DNA from: Oopsacas minuta
Taxonomy: Eukaryota > Animalia > Porifera
Assembly: GCA_024704765.1 (NCBI GenBank)
Contig: JAKMXF010000321.1
Span: 124,001 to 188,000 of the forward strand
Length of the DNA: 64,000 nucleotides
Reading direction: 5' to 3'
Each line of letters opens with the position of its first letter. The stretch's first letter is position 1. Under the pieces are notes generated by a model, which saw only the letters and a program-made list of their open reading frames with translations, did not search any database and was not told the DNA's origin. This document shows positions 48,024 through 61,004 of the stretch, in pieces. The translations under genes and the position numbers were made by a program.

Positions 48024-49119
48024 AAATAATTTTAAAGCTATTTTTGCTGAAAATTTGATTTTTGATTTTGTATGTGTAATTTGGATTAAAAGCTCTTTAA
48101 GTAGCCAAACACCAGGCCATATTTCAAGGGTGACAAGGGGCGAGGGGTCCAGGAATTTCTGGATCAACTCTTATTGTGCCGTAATACATTGGTCCTTGAA
48201 TCTTGCAGGCATACTTGTCAACCTTCCATCCTGGATTATACCGAATTTGACACGACATCCAAAGGAGAATATTGGATTTCCCCCCCCCCAATTTTCTGAT
48301 AAATAATAGTGAAAAATTCATTAATATTTGCATATCTAATTCTCAATTGTTGTTTGTTTGTTTGTTTGTCCGTTGTCAAGGAAAGGATTTACGGTATGCA
48401 ATTTTGAAATTGTCTCATAACTATGTATTTATTGTGTTTATCAAGGAAGTAAATAGAATTCAATAAAACTTCACTAAATATATCGAATATGCTGAATCCG
48501 ATTTTCACACTTTTGGATTAATCATATGTGTTCGCAGTTCGGTATTATGTAATTTATCGCTGCCGAGTTAGAACCTTTAGGTGTCCGCCAGGTACCTAGT
48601 GCCATCATTTGTTAGGTAATTTGAATACTTGTAATACAATGACTCAAAATCTATTAGATCCTGTCTGTTGTTCTTTTAATATGGAACTATTTCAATTACT
48701 ACCTGGAACTAAACTATAACAGATGTACATTACTAAATTCACACATTTTATAAGTATGTAACTTAGAGCGGCCATGAATAGATCTATAAAATGGAATAAT
48801 GTGGCACAATTGTGTCGTCATATTATTACTATGTTACAAACTTCCATATCGAGAAGTATGTTAAATATCTCTCAAACTCTCTGAGAAAAGGTGTGAATGT
48901 GTCGACGGTAAACCTATCAGATTTGAGAGTTGATATTCTATTTGTTAATTGAATATACAAGTTACGTAGCGGTTTGTATATTTGACACCTTTCTGAGGCG
49001 GTAAGTTGATTGGTTAAAACTCTCAAATAACATTCTGTACAGAAGTAAAATTCACTAGATTAATATTAGTCGGGGATTGTGTCACAAAAGTGTCCGTTTT
49101 AGCAAAAATATCAAATTTT

Positions 49120-49322
49120 ATGTGAATAATAGTGTTAGACATGAAAGTGTTAATATCTACTTTAGTTCCAGTATTACATGTGACTATTAAAACAGGAGGG
49201 GATATAACTTAAAATACAGTATATTCCAATTAATAGAGACACCGGTTAACACCTTTATTCCGCTAAAATGGGTCCAAATGGTCTGGTTGTCCCAATGTGA
49301 CTCTATTCAGAGTCTATTGTAT
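49120..49322. repeat. About 200-bp duplicated segment (MITE-B end plus flank); second copy at about 54332-54540
   Basis: tgtgaataatagtgttagacatgaaagtg..ctctattcag..agtctattgta is nearly identical at both sites. Confidence 0.85.
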
Positions 49323-50916
49323 AATTAAACAACAGTCATTTCCTTGCATTCCATATCTTACACCATAGCAACACATCCTTGAATCGCTTACAAACAAAAT
49401 TGCTAACAGTCAGAAGTGTGCAGCTAATTATAGAAAGGAAAATTTATGTAAACAAATGATAATCAAATAATTACGTAATACATATTACATATTTCTGGTT
49501 GCTATGATTCACAATTAGATAACCTGAGTCATACATGAAGAATTATACTGTTTGTAAGCTTATTTGTTACCAATGTTGTCGAATGGAAGGTTGATATGAC
49601 ATAGTGTAAGATATTATGTCTATAGTTCCATATTACTAATTAGTTACGTATTTAGATTTTCTATTCTGCCAAATTTCTAAAAATGGAATTACTTAGGATT
49701 ATACTATGTTGTATGAACACATGCAAATCATTGGATTTGTTTGTGTTTGTTTCTATGAACTGGCAAGAGCTATACATCTAAAACTTGGTATATGTATATA
49801 AAGTGTTGACATCTAATTGGTGTTAAAATATATAAACAAAATATTCACAAACCTCAGAGAAAAGTCAACTTATGTCTCGCCCAATCAGATATCAGAATTT
49901 CCGCAAAATAGCACTTCATTCCAAATTTGTAAACAAAATATTTACATAACAAATTGTGTCACATATGGTACCCACGGGGTACAGAAGGAGTACATGATTG
50001 TCACCGTGAGGGCAATAATGATCCAATTTTCATATCATTCACATATTTCCTATCTTTTCTAGTCAATATTTTCTCCTTAGTGTGTATTGCGTTATGAAGC
50101 ACTAAAATATCTTCAAAATTTGCAATTGTTATACCATTTATAAACCAGAATAGGCGGGCTTCTAAGACTTACAGGCCAAACATAAAGCATGCCACAATTC
50201 CATCTATTTGACGTATAACATTTGTATTATGAAACTATACCTAACACAACCAAACTTCGTTAGTTTCAGTTACTATCAAAGTAATATTAGGTAACCTGGT
50301 AATACCAAACGAATGTTGCGTCTCACTACTCAGCAATTACTATGGTACTATACCCTGAAATCTGATTGGCTGTAATATGTTTGCCTCTTATAATTTCAGG
50401 TTTTCTAGAAAATGATTTTTTGCAAATAAATACCTTTGTAATCATTTGGTTGCTAGGGAGATTTATGTGCTTACCTTAGGTGCTCACGAATACGAGAAGG
50501 GTCCATATTAATATGTATTGCTACTTTGATTAATAATAACTTGTGACTGTATGTTTAGTATAATCATAGTTCCATATTAATATATCGCCTCTGTGAATCT
50601 TTTTGGTATAATTTTGCTGTGGCACAAGGGGCACAAATGTGTCATTTTTGTGTCTGATCAAAAATCGTATAAAATCTTTAAATGGTATGTAAATTGCAGT
50701 GGCACAGAGTGGTGTCATAATTGATACTACACCAAACAATAATATAATCTACAAATTGGAACTAAGTTCAAGTAATATGATTTGACACTTATTGTCACTA
50801 TTGACGAATACATTTCAATTTTTATTCAAAAGTCATTTGTAATTAATATCACTAATTGACAGGTGTCAAAGATATATTCATAAACAACGCAATGTGTATA
50901 AATACGGAAGTTTGTC

Positions 50917-51444
50917 ATGAAAAATATCAACAAATCAAATCACAATATGCAATCAACTATCAGTTCCAGTTCCGAATATTCACCTTTTGGGAATTATTTC
51001 AGTTTGGCGAATGTTGTCCAAAACAACTTAGAAGATAAGAGCGAATTCCAATCTACTATTCAGTTGCCAAGCGAACCTGGTCTTAACCCACAAGCAGAGC
51101 CATTTATCCCTAGTTTCATTAGTGAAGATAGTTCCAGTCCAGGCGAATCCCGCTCTCCGAACCACACCAATCAGAATGAAGATATTCAATACAAATTACA
51201 GATGCAAAGAAAACGGGCCGTATTGAACAAGAACCAATATTCAAAGGTCAGATTCTGCATATTTTGTCAGAAAAGTGGACAATCGATATTCATACAAAAG
51301 AGCCACACCTTGAGAGATGAAAATGGCTGTGTAATGTGTCCTTACCTTCGTGCCACTGTTTGTCAGCTGTGTGGCGCAACAGGCGATGACGCGCATACAA
51401 TTAAATATTGTCCAGCAAAACAACCAACAGTTATATTTACTTGA
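50917..51444 (+). CDS. nanos: Nanos CCHC zinc-finger protein
   Basis: FCIFCQKSG..SHTLRDENGCVMCPYLRATVCQLCGATGDDAHTIKYCP. Confidence 0.95.
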   Translation: MKNINKSNHNMQSTISSSSEYSPFGNYFSLANVVQNNLEDKSEFQSTIQLPSEPGLNPQAEPFIPSFISEDSSSPGESRSPNHTNQNEDIQYKLQMQRKRAVLNKNQYSKVRFCIFCQKSGQSIFIQKSHTLRDENGCVMCPYLRATVCQLCGATGDDAHTIKYCPAKQPTVIFT

Positions 51445-51813
51445 TTGTTTGTATTTTCTTTCTTTTTATGATTACAAATAAAACACTAATTATAATTCAT
51501 TTATTATTACAATCAGCTGCGAGACCCAAAATCACCCAATTCTGAATCTAAACTCTGTTGATAAAACAATGGATCCTAAATATTCTACATTTTGCAATTA
51601 GAATCTAGAGGAAAATACAAATTTTGTTTGTTTGTATTATTTTATGTAACACTTAACCCAAGATCCATGCTATTATTATGTAAACTCCAGTAAGAAATCC
51701 AGAGGATAAATTGCATGGATTAATCCCTGGGATAATTGCTACTAATTCATAAGGGTTTAGTTCCATATGTAACTGATATATATATCCCAAATAACAGAAT
51801 TTTATTCAAAGAA

Positions 51814-52851
51814 ATGGATTGGATATGGAATGGTTACAATTGTACAACTAACGACAAGGTAGAAATCACGCGGGTAATGCTCGGGCTCGGCATAACATCA
51901 GATATCGCTTCAATTTTAGGCGCCAGTTTTATAATAATCTTATTCTTCAAATATAAAGATTTACAGACACGCGCCAGACAAATTTTACTAATGATTTCTA
52001 TATCTGATTTATTCAATGCTGGCGCGTATTTATTTGGACAATCATGGTCAATGTATAATTTGAATTATTCGAATTGTTATGTTGGAAAGCCACAATATGA
52101 GATATGGAGTTGTGTAACACAGGCAGTTTTCAATAACTACTTTTCAATCAGTTGTTATACTTTCACCATTCTTTTGAGCTTTCATGTGCTTTTCTTGTTA
52201 GCTGGACACAATATTTTCAAGAAAAATGTGGCATTCATAGTGATACTTTTTCTTGGGTGGGGTGTACCACTTGTGATCACATCTGTTGGATTTTGGCCAG
52301 GGTGGTTTGGTCCCGGTAGAAGCGTGACAGTTGGAACTTGTTTTATTCGGGATTTTGGAAATAGTTCCAGTCTTGAACAGAAGGATACTTTAATTGAATT
52401 GTTTGTTGGAAAGATCTGGGACATTGTCACGTTTGTTGTCATCTCATTTGTTTACGCAATAGCTATTTGTTTACTTTGTCGCCGACGGAAAATCATGAAT
52501 AAACCATCTCAAATTAAAGAGCAAGACTTCAAATTAGCATTTATCCCTGTCGCATTCCTATTTTTCAGGATCTGGGGACAGATACACTTGATATTTATGT
52601 ACTACCAAAGAATAAATTTTTTCTTATATTTACAAGCAATATTTGAACCTGGACAAGGATGGGCCAATTTCCTGATTTACGTCTTGTTGACTGATGCAAT
52701 ACGGTCGAAACTTAAATTGTGTGTCTCTAAGAGGTCGAAAAATATGCTATCAGTTTATTCTGGGGGTTATGAGAGTATGGAACGCCCAATGGAGGATTTT
52801 AGTTCCAGTACACTTGTTGTTGAGAATCCTTATCTGCTCTATAAAGACTAG
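51814..52851 (+). CDS. GPR157-like / cAMP-receptor-like 7TM GPCR, copy 1
   Basis: DLQTRARQIL..SDLFNA, GPG..VGTCFI, KIWD, RIWG, EPGQGWAN; first ATG at 51814. Confidence 0.85.
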   Translation: MDWIWNGYNCTTNDKVEITRVMLGLGITSDIASILGASFIIILFFKYKDLQTRARQILLMISISDLFNAGAYLFGQSWSMYNLNYSNCYVGKPQYEIWSCVTQAVFNNYFSISCYTFTILLSFHVLFLLAGHNIFKKNVAFIVILFLGWGVPLVITSVGFWPGWFGPGRSVTVGTCFIRDFGNSSSLEQKDTLIELFVGKIWDIVTFVVISFVYAIAICLLCRRRKIMNKPSQIKEQDFKLAFIPVAFLFFRIWGQIHLIFMYYQRINFFLYLQAIFEPGQGWANFLIYVLLTDAIRSKLKLCVSKRSKNMLSVYSGGYESMERPMEDFSSSTLVVENPYLLYKD

Positions 52852-53213
52852 TAAACAACAACAATAATAAGAATATGGTGATATTTATTTATTTTATTGA
52901 TATATTTATTATTTAAGACTTTTATTTTAGTTTAAAGATTATTCACATATTCCAAACGTCCCGTTTTTATGGTGGGGTCTTTGTGAACCTGTCAAACCAT
53001 CTTAAGAATTTCTGATGGCTACGCCACTTCTGTTGAGCCACTTCCTGTCAAAAACCGTATTTCCCGCTTAACAACTTCCATTTCCCTCAATCTTATCCAA
53101 TCTGGATTTGATCAAAGGTCCGTCAAATTTGTATATTTTTGAGCTTCTCTGGTAATTCATATTTGTTTGTATTTATGTTATTTTAAGATCTATATTTAGA
53201 ACATATTTGCTAA

Positions 53214-54227
53214 ATGGGACTGCAATTTCCAGGACTTCTCACACCTTATTGTAACTATAGTTACAACAATCCTGTAAATCCTACAGATGTTATACCAGTT
53301 CCAATGGTTGCAATTGGTGTCGTTTCTGACACCTTTGCTATTTTTGGCGCCATTTTTATAATATTTACATATTTCGCCTTCAAAGATTTGAAAACCCGCG
53401 CGCGCCAATTTTTGGTTTGGATTGCATTTGCGGATTTGTTCAACGCTATTTTCTACTTGATTGCACAAATTTATTATTTGGTTGACAACCGATATGCTGT
53501 TTGTTATGCGAACAAATCTACAGCTGAAATATGGATCTGCGTAGGCCAAGCATATGGAACTAATTTGTTCTCTCTTCTGTCCTTTTCATTCACGATAATC
53601 CTCGCGGTACACATTTTATTCTTGTTCTTCGGGAAGAATATTTTCAAAAACAGGCCCATGTTCTGTCTATCGATTGTTCTTGGTATCGGCGGTCCGTTCG
53701 TTATTACGACACTCGCATTTGTGTTTGGATGGCTCGGCCCAGGAGGTAGTGTCACAATTGGTTGGTGTTTCATACGAGATATGTCTCAACATAAATATTC
53801 AAAGAGCATTAAATATTCCGCAATTTATGAGTTTTTGGTTGGTAAGATTTGGGATATTCTAACTTTTGTGCTTATTAGTTTCATATACGTTGTAATTATT
53901 TCTCGCTGTGTTTGGAAGCGACACGATCGGCCTATTTGGAAGTATATTAGTGAGAGCGACATCAAACTATTCATCATACCTATCGCATTTGTTTTCCTAC
54001 GAATTTGGGGGGAAATTCACCTCTTGGCATCAATAATAAGCACAACGTCCTCAAGTCCATATTTCCTGTACCCTCAAGCTGTTTTTGAGCCCGCACAGGG
54101 GTGGCTGAATGCTGTCATTTATATTATTTGGACCAAAAATATCCGAAAACGTATTTACAGACTATTTTTTTGCAAGAAAAACAAAGAGTATTTGTCAATA
54201 AACAATGAATATTCAAGTGACAACTAA
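53214..54227 (+). CDS. GPR157-like GPCR, copy 2
   Basis: Same family motifs (RAR..ADL, GWCFI, KIWD, RIWG, QGWLNA). Confidence 0.85.
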   Translation: MGLQFPGLLTPYCNYSYNNPVNPTDVIPVPMVAIGVVSDTFAIFGAIFIIFTYFAFKDLKTRARQFLVWIAFADLFNAIFYLIAQIYYLVDNRYAVCYANKSTAEIWICVGQAYGTNLFSLLSFSFTIILAVHILFLFFGKNIFKNRPMFCLSIVLGIGGPFVITTLAFVFGWLGPGGSVTIGWCFIRDMSQHKYSKSIKYSAIYEFLVGKIWDILTFVLISFIYVVIISRCVWKRHDRPIWKYISESDIKLFIIPIAFVFLRIWGEIHLLASIISTTSSSPYFLYPQAVFEPAQGWLNAVIYIIWTKNIRKRIYRLFFCKKNKEYLSINNEYSSDN

Positions 54228-54652
54228 TTTTATATATTTTTTGGATTTTAGTTTTGTTGTTTATTTATTTATGAATTTGTTGATATTTACGGACATCCTA
54301 AACTCCGTATTTCAGCAAAAGTATTAAATTGTATGTGAATAATAGTGTTAGACATGAAAGTGTTAATATATCTACTTTAGTTCCAGTATTACATGTGACT
54401 ATTGAAACAGGAGGGGATATAACTTAAAATACAGTATATTCCAATTAATAGAGACACCAGTTAACACCTTTATTCCGCTAAATTGGGTCCAAATGGCCTG
54501 CTGGTCCCGATGTGACTCTATTCAGCAGAGTCTATTGTATGTTATTTGTAATATAGCAACAAATTGCATGAAAATATGCCTACTTTTCTTAGCCAAGTAT
54601 ATTTAGTTTCTTATTACTATATAAAGTGGTATTATAGAACTGGAACTAATTA

Positions 54653-55756
54653 ATGTATCTGAGACGTGATTGGTGGATTGGAGATGCAGAATGTGTCGGT
54701 TACAAGGATGCCACAAATGACACATCTGGATCGGGATTTAACTTTGAAAGGATAGTTTCTGGTTTGGCGCTGATTTTCGATATTTTCTCAATAATTGGCG
54801 CCTTATTTATAATTATTACATATTATGCATTTCGAGATTTAAGAACGCGCGCCAGATTGATCCTACTAATGATTTCATTGGCTGATTTGATCAATGCCAT
54901 TTCATATGGCTCCGCTTTCATATATAATATTTTCACACCTGAGTACTCATTTTGCTACCTCGACAAATCAAAATTTGAAATAAGTGTTTGTGTCGCTCAA
55001 GCCACTTTCTCAAATTTCTCAAATAATGCCTCAATAATTTGGACAGCAATTCTTGGCATACAAATCACTTTCCTATTTTCACGCGCCAGAAACACTCTTA
55101 CAAATAAGAAAATATTTTATGTGATAACAATCCTTGCATGGAGTGTTCCCCTCTTAGTTTCAGTTCTGGGTCTCTTCCTGAATATATTCGGACCTGGAGA
55201 TCAAAATGTGAATGTTGGATGGTGCTTCATTAGTTCCTATTACAAACTGGAACCAAATATTACCTCTGATAATGATGATGGACACTTTATCCTACAACTA
55301 TTGATGGCAAAAGTTTGGGAAGTGGTGATATTCTTGGTCTTAGTTGTTACATATTCAATTTCACTTTACAAAGCTTGTAAATATAGAAAAATGCAAAGAG
55401 GCAATTGGGGATTCACAGGGCTCAATGATTTGAGACTTATCTGGATTCCAATAATATTTTTTCTCCTCAAAATCTGGGGGAACATCCGGTGGGTACTGAA
55501 TCTATCTTTAGCCACAAACTCGTCAATGGCTTATTTTGTCACAGATCTTGTTTTGTCGATCCTCCAAGCGATAGGCGACCCGGGGCAAGGCTGGGCAAAT
55601 GCAGTATTTTATATTTTATTTAATGAGGAATTGAGACAACGCACTTGGGCTAATCTTAAGATTTATTGCTGTGTGAGGAGAGGGCGAGGGGTGAAGGGTT
55701 ACAGCGAGAGGACTTCACTGGTCTCCCAACAACCAAGAAAAGAAACTGTTATGTAA
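54653..55756 (+). CDS. GPR157-like GPCR, copy 3
   Basis: Same motifs (LQAIGDPGQGWANA). Confidence 0.87.
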   Translation: MYLRRDWWIGDAECVGYKDATNDTSGSGFNFERIVSGLALIFDIFSIIGALFIIITYYAFRDLRTRARLILLMISLADLINAISYGSAFIYNIFTPEYSFCYLDKSKFEISVCVAQATFSNFSNNASIIWTAILGIQITFLFSRARNTLTNKKIFYVITILAWSVPLLVSVLGLFLNIFGPGDQNVNVGWCFISSYYKLEPNITSDNDDGHFILQLLMAKVWEVVIFLVLVVTYSISLYKACKYRKMQRGNWGFTGLNDLRLIWIPIIFFLLKIWGNIRWVLNLSLATNSSMAYFVTDLVLSILQAIGDPGQGWANAVFYILFNEELRQRTWANLKIYCCVRRGRGVKGYSERTSLVSQQPRKETVM

Positions 55757-56447
55757 TTTATTAATTTTAGTTGTTGTATGCGTTTATGAGATTTTATTAT
55801 TTTATCTTCAAAATATATTTTTGTTTATTTCCAATGGGGTAATATTTATATGTAAATTAGTGGCATTTGGGTGTGGTTTCCTAACGCAAAATATAACACC
55901 AATATGCCACTTTTTGACCCATTTTTCAACTTCTATAAATATTTTTGAAATTCAAATTTTTGAAATAGATACTTATTACCTATGACATAGATCCAATTCA
56001 TTTCTATTTTCTTACAGTAGTCATTCTTTCCAGCTGTCCAGCTTTTAGGACATGTGTTGAGGGCTAATGTCCCGCCAAAACTTGTCAGAAGCCCTCATTG
56101 TCCCAATTTTGTAGCCCATTCTAATACAATTATGCTACGTCCCGCGTTTTCTTCACTCAGTTCAGCAAGTATGAACATATGCCGCACGACTTTACACACA
56201 ATTCGCACTGCTTTTGCGTTTCTTTGATGAAAATTAAATATCAGGATGCCACTTCTAAATTGTGGTATTCCAGACGACACACCTTGTAATTTCATTAAGA
56301 AACAAATTGACTCATTGGTACTTGGGGTCATTTATTGTGATCCCATTCGTGAAATGCTTGTCGAACTTAGTATAATAAACAAATATATATTTAGTAAACA
56401 AAATGTCAACATAACCTTCATCTAAAATACAGTAAACAAAATTCGGA

Positions 56448-57545
56448 TTATTTGATAATTTCTGGCTCATATTGTCCGTAATTTATATGTGAACTTGATC
56501 TTGACACCAAATTATCATTCTCCACTGCCATCTTCTCAGACTTTTCCTTCTTTCTAATACAATCACATTTAAATATTCTCTCTCGCATTGCTTGGTTGAA
56601 TATAATATACAGGAGAGCATTGGCCCAACCTTGTCCAGTGTCTCCAATAATTTGTAAAAACGCGAGGGCAAGATCCTTAGAGGGACAGCTATTAAATGAT
56701 GACCAATTGGACCATTCCAAGCCCCATCGAATGTGTCCCCAAATCCTAAGGACCAGATACACCAGTGGGATCCAGATCAATCGAAAATCATGCCTTTGTC
56801 GAAATGCCCAAATTCTGTCTTTTTGGTAGTTGAAGCGACACAATTTACACCCTGAGACAGTGTACACAATAGTCAAAATGAATATTGTCACAATTTCCCA
56901 AAACTTCGCAAATGCAAATTCTTCAACGATGTGATTACTCATATAATTCCAACTTGAATTACTTGAATAATTCGACACAAAACACCATCCAACATTGACG
57001 CTCTGGGCACCAGGACCTAGGAAATTCAAAATATATGCGGGCGCCACAATTAAAAGTGGTCCACCCCAACAAAATGCATGCGCAAATCCCATTAAATAAT
57101 TGTTTTCAAGTAAATTCTTTCTATAAAACAAACAAGTTATGTGAATACCCAAAACACATGTCCAGCAGTTTGACGCTAAAGTTGCGAACAAATTGAAGGC
57201 GGATTGAATCGCACAAGATTGCAGTGTCCATTCTGTCTTATTCTCATTGCAAAGTGAATAGTACACATCTCTAGCAGTAAATGAGAATGCGAATATGTAT
57301 GCGAACGAATTCACCAAATCGGAGAGCGCGATCATCAAAAGGACGAATCGTGCCTTCGTCCTTAATTCTTTGAAAATTATATATGTTAGTATGATGAAAA
57401 AGGCGCCAAACACTGATGAAACACTAGAAGTAAGCCCAACAGCCACAAGAGAATCTCCGTGTGTGTATATACATGTGTGATCCGTAGCATTTTCCGATAA
57501 ATTGGGACATTTGGCATAACCTATCCAACGATCCGTAACCGACAT
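56448..57545 (-). CDS. GPR157-like GPCR, copy 4
   Basis: Same motifs (LQIIGDTGQGWANA). Confidence 0.87.
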   Translation of the reverse strand: MSVTDRWIGYAKCPNLSENATDHTCIYTHGDSLVAVGLTSSVSSVFGAFFIILTYIIFKELRTKARFVLLMIALSDLVNSFAYIFAFSFTARDVYYSLCNENKTEWTLQSCAIQSAFNLFATLASNCWTCVLGIHITCLFYRKNLLENNYLMGFAHAFCWGGPLLIVAPAYILNFLGPGAQSVNVGWCFVSNYSSNSSWNYMSNHIVEEFAFAKFWEIVTIFILTIVYTVSGCKLCRFNYQKDRIWAFRQRHDFRLIWIPLVYLVLRIWGHIRWGLEWSNWSSFNSCPSKDLALAFLQIIGDTGQGWANALLYIIFNQAMRERIFKCDCIRKKEKSEKMAVENDNLVSRSSSHINYGQYEPEIIK

Positions 57546-58084
57546 AAAGAATTAAATTTATTTATTATATTCCTGCTCTATATATAGAGTATGCATAGGA
57601 ATACGGAATGGTATCGATTTCTAATCATGTTCTAATATGGAACTATATAGTTCCAGTTTGGTAATATATCATAATGAATTGTATATGTGTCGTATTAAGA
57701 ATAGAACGCAAGCGCAAAGTAGTAAAAAATATTTAAACATTAACACCTCAAAGAAAAGCTTGCGACCAAAGTGGCATAATGTGTCGTTCACAGGTGGTTT
57801 CATTCACGTATCAGATATTTTTGGGATGTACTATATATCCTTGAGTTACAAAATGTGTATATATATTTAAATCACGCCAGAATAGGCGCCAGTTTCAAGC
57901 GGCATTAGAGGTGTGATTCCACATGTGCCACTACTTGATATCCTCAGTCTGCAATGAATCCCATGACACCTGTTAAAACCCATTGACAGACGCAAATTTA
58001 ATTACTAAAACGGGATAACAATAGAAAGAGGGTAGTAAACAAAGATAATTATTAATATTTATTACAAATACGGTAAACAAATAA

Positions 58085-59191
58085 TCAATAATAAGACAAT
58101 CTATTAGCTTTTTCATTAACAAGCATATCTGTCTCATTTTCTTGAGAGCTAGGTGTTGATTTTCTTACAAAACAGCAACAAACACGTTTAAAATACTTCT
58201 TAAAAGAACTGAATATTCTTTTCCTGATTGCTTCTGTCAATAAAATATATAAAATCGCATTCGCCCAACCTTGTCCTGGATCTCCTATCACTTGTAAATA
58301 TGCTAACACCTTTCCTGATGGATATTTACATGTTTGTGAATATTCGAAATTATCATCTTGTGGTATGGTCTCGATTAACCAACGCGAATCTCCCCAAATC
58401 CTCAAAATGAAAAACACCAAAGGAATAAATATCAGTTTAAAATCAGGGCCAGAGAAGCTCTTTTCGACACTTCGACATTTTTGTACACAAAGACGAATAA
58501 ACACGATTGTGTACATAATAATAACAATAATCATGGCGGACAAATCCCACATTTTTGCGAAAGTGAACTCAAATACCCAATGTAGTTTATCATTTTTTGT
58601 ATTATTGTCATAAATGTTGTAATTAATAAAGCACCATCCAGCGTTAGAAGTGGGTGGCCCAGGTCCAAGAACGTTTAAAAAGAATGCCACGAGGGTGTTT
58701 AAAAGTGGCAGACCCCAACCTGCCACAAGGATACAGACAAAAACCACTTTCTTTTTGAAATATGCCTTTCCAATGAATAAGAAAAATATGTGAAAACCGA
58801 GTACAACTGTCCAGAAAAACGAGCAAACCGGGAAATACATATCGATCCCAGATTCGATTATGCAAGCCGATAGGACAACGTGGGACTTATTATTAACACA
58901 AATTGAGAAATCTTTGTTGAAGAGTGACCAAATCAGCGCAATGGCGTAGCCGACAGCTGTGAAAAAATCACAAATTGCTATAAATAGAAGAAATAATCTG
59001 GCGCGAGTTCTTTGATCTTCATATACACAAAATGTCCAAATTATGAAAAGTGATCCAATAATTGAAAATATGCTAAAAACTGAACCAACCCATAGAAGAC
59101 CTGTCTCGATACAATCTGTCACATTTCCGAAATTAGGGTAGTTAAGATTACAATCTTTATACGCATTCCAAATACCAAACTTCGTTGCCAT
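58085..59191 (-). CDS. GPR157-like GPCR, copy 5
   Basis: Same motifs (LQVIGDPGQGWANA). Confidence 0.87.
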   Translation of the reverse strand: MATKFGIWNAYKDCNLNYPNFGNVTDCIETGLLWVGSVFSIFSIIGSLFIIWTFCVYEDQRTRARLFLLFIAICDFFTAVGYAIALIWSLFNKDFSICVNNKSHVVLSACIIESGIDMYFPVCSFFWTVVLGFHIFFLFIGKAYFKKKVVFVCILVAGWGLPLLNTLVAFFLNVLGPGPPTSNAGWCFINYNIYDNNTKNDKLHWVFEFTFAKMWDLSAMIIVIIMYTIVFIRLCVQKCRSVEKSFSGPDFKLIFIPLVFFILRIWGDSRWLIETIPQDDNFEYSQTCKYPSGKVLAYLQVIGDPGQGWANAILYILLTEAIRKRIFSSFKKYFKRVCCCFVRKSTPSSQENETDMLVNEKANRLSYY

Positions 59192-59484
59192 GTTTCATAC
59201 TCAGCTATTGAATGGTCTATTTATTATTGAGCCTAATAATATCGATTACATCTACTTAATTCTGAATCATTGCTAATGGTCAATGAACATTCCTGAGGGG
59301 AGTTCACGTTGTCAAGGTAAGTAATGTACTTTGTACAACGTGACTGTTAAATGTATCGATATACCCCGCACTTTATCGGTTGAAATTAATCACATTTTCA
59401 CCTTTGTTAATAATTGAATTTATACCAGTGAACACTTTTAGGCGCGTAATTATGTGTGTATATAGCTAATTAAATTATAGAAAT

Positions 59485-59844
59485 ATGACAGTAGCACAAG
59501 ACAGTGTAAACTTATCAAATGAACTTGAAAACGAATCTTCAAGTTTTCACACAATTAAGAAGAGACTCAAAGATCAGCTGTATAGATTACAAGTGGAGGA
59601 AAGGGCATTGAGGACACTTTTAGCATGTGGCACAACAAACGGAACTAACATGCACGGAACTGAAACTTTCTTCTCAGAAGTTGGGGAATCGGATGGTTCT
59701 AATTTAGACCTCATGGATATAGAAAAGGTCGATAGGAATGATATTAACAAAAAAGAATTGCAAGATTTGACACCAATAAAGTTAGTGAAAGAAAACAATT
59801 TGTCAAATGGAGAAACGGAAAGTGTTGAAGAGATAGAAGACTAA
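59485..59844 (+). CDS. SNAPC5: snRNA-activating protein complex subunit 5 (SNAP19)-like
   Basis: IKKRLKDQLYRLQVEERALR matches the SNAPC5 coiled-coil core as recalled (LKAALHDQLNRLKVEELAL); acidic C-terminus. Confidence 0.75.
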   Translation: MTVAQDSVNLSNELENESSSFHTIKKRLKDQLYRLQVEERALRTLLACGTTNGTNMHGTETFFSEVGESDGSNLDLMDIEKVDRNDINKKELQDLTPIKLVKENNLSNGETESVEEIED

Positions 59845-61004
59845 AAATAGACTTTTATTAGTTCTAGTTACAATATCACTTATTGTTATTATTATTTACT
59901 TATTGGTTAGTTTAATTACAATTCCATTCTTCAAACATGTTGTCAGGGAAATCAAATTTTATATTTTGTGAGTAATCGACACAGTAGACCCTAGCTAATC
60001 CGAACAGGCTATTCAAACTTTGGAAATTCTTTTCAAACGTAAAAGCATATATCCAATTACACTACAGATTAATATCGAATACTATATCACGCATGTTGCC
60101 TCCATTCCATCACTTGTAAACTTTAGAAAAGTCCTCTCAGATTATTTCGTATTGTTTCAATGCATTTCACTAATCCGAAAGTATTATTTTGCAATCGTAA
60201 CAGTGATGTTTGGATTAGCGAGGGTAATACTGTAGTTGTGTAATTTTGAATATTGCTGTGTTATTAAGCAGTTACTTAGGCCTAAGTTGTATAATACATC
60301 ATACTTTATCTATTTTAATGTATTATACGTGTAGGTTAACCTCTAAATGTAAGATTTTGGCATTATTAGACTTGTATAAGTCACATTATTATCAAATATG
60401 ATATAATTCGGTTAACTATGCTGATATTTCTCATTAACAATACGAGAACTATTGTTTTGAGGCAAAATATTTATTGCAGAATTAGCCTAATAGATATTAT
60501 GTCACCAAAAATTGTAGACTGTTTGTATAATACATAATATACATAATACGCCTTCATTGAAAGAATTACTTGGACAATTTGGCTTTAGGCAACATTTTGC
60601 GACGTTGCCATAGCAAAAAGAGACACTCCTAAATTCGTGAGGTATAGCCTTGCACTCAAAATGTTATATTTCCGGTAGTTAAGTCTAATAAGGACAAAAT
60701 TCGGGTTCGTAGTAGATAGTTGTTGCTTACAAGCCTGACTAGTATCTTGCAAGCGGTTAATAAGATATTTCCAAATTTGGTTAACTCACCATATAATTGT
60801 GTCGCGTGCCAAACTTATCAATAATATGAAAACTATATCCATAATATTCAAATCATTTTCCTAACAGTAATACTAATTACTTTGACCTTTAGTTCCATAA
60901 GCAACTTATAGGTATTACGACATACCGTAATGTAACCTAGCAACACAATACGCAGTAAGGAATGATTTCTATAAAATAATTAAAAAAATTTTTGTTGTCA
61001 AAAT

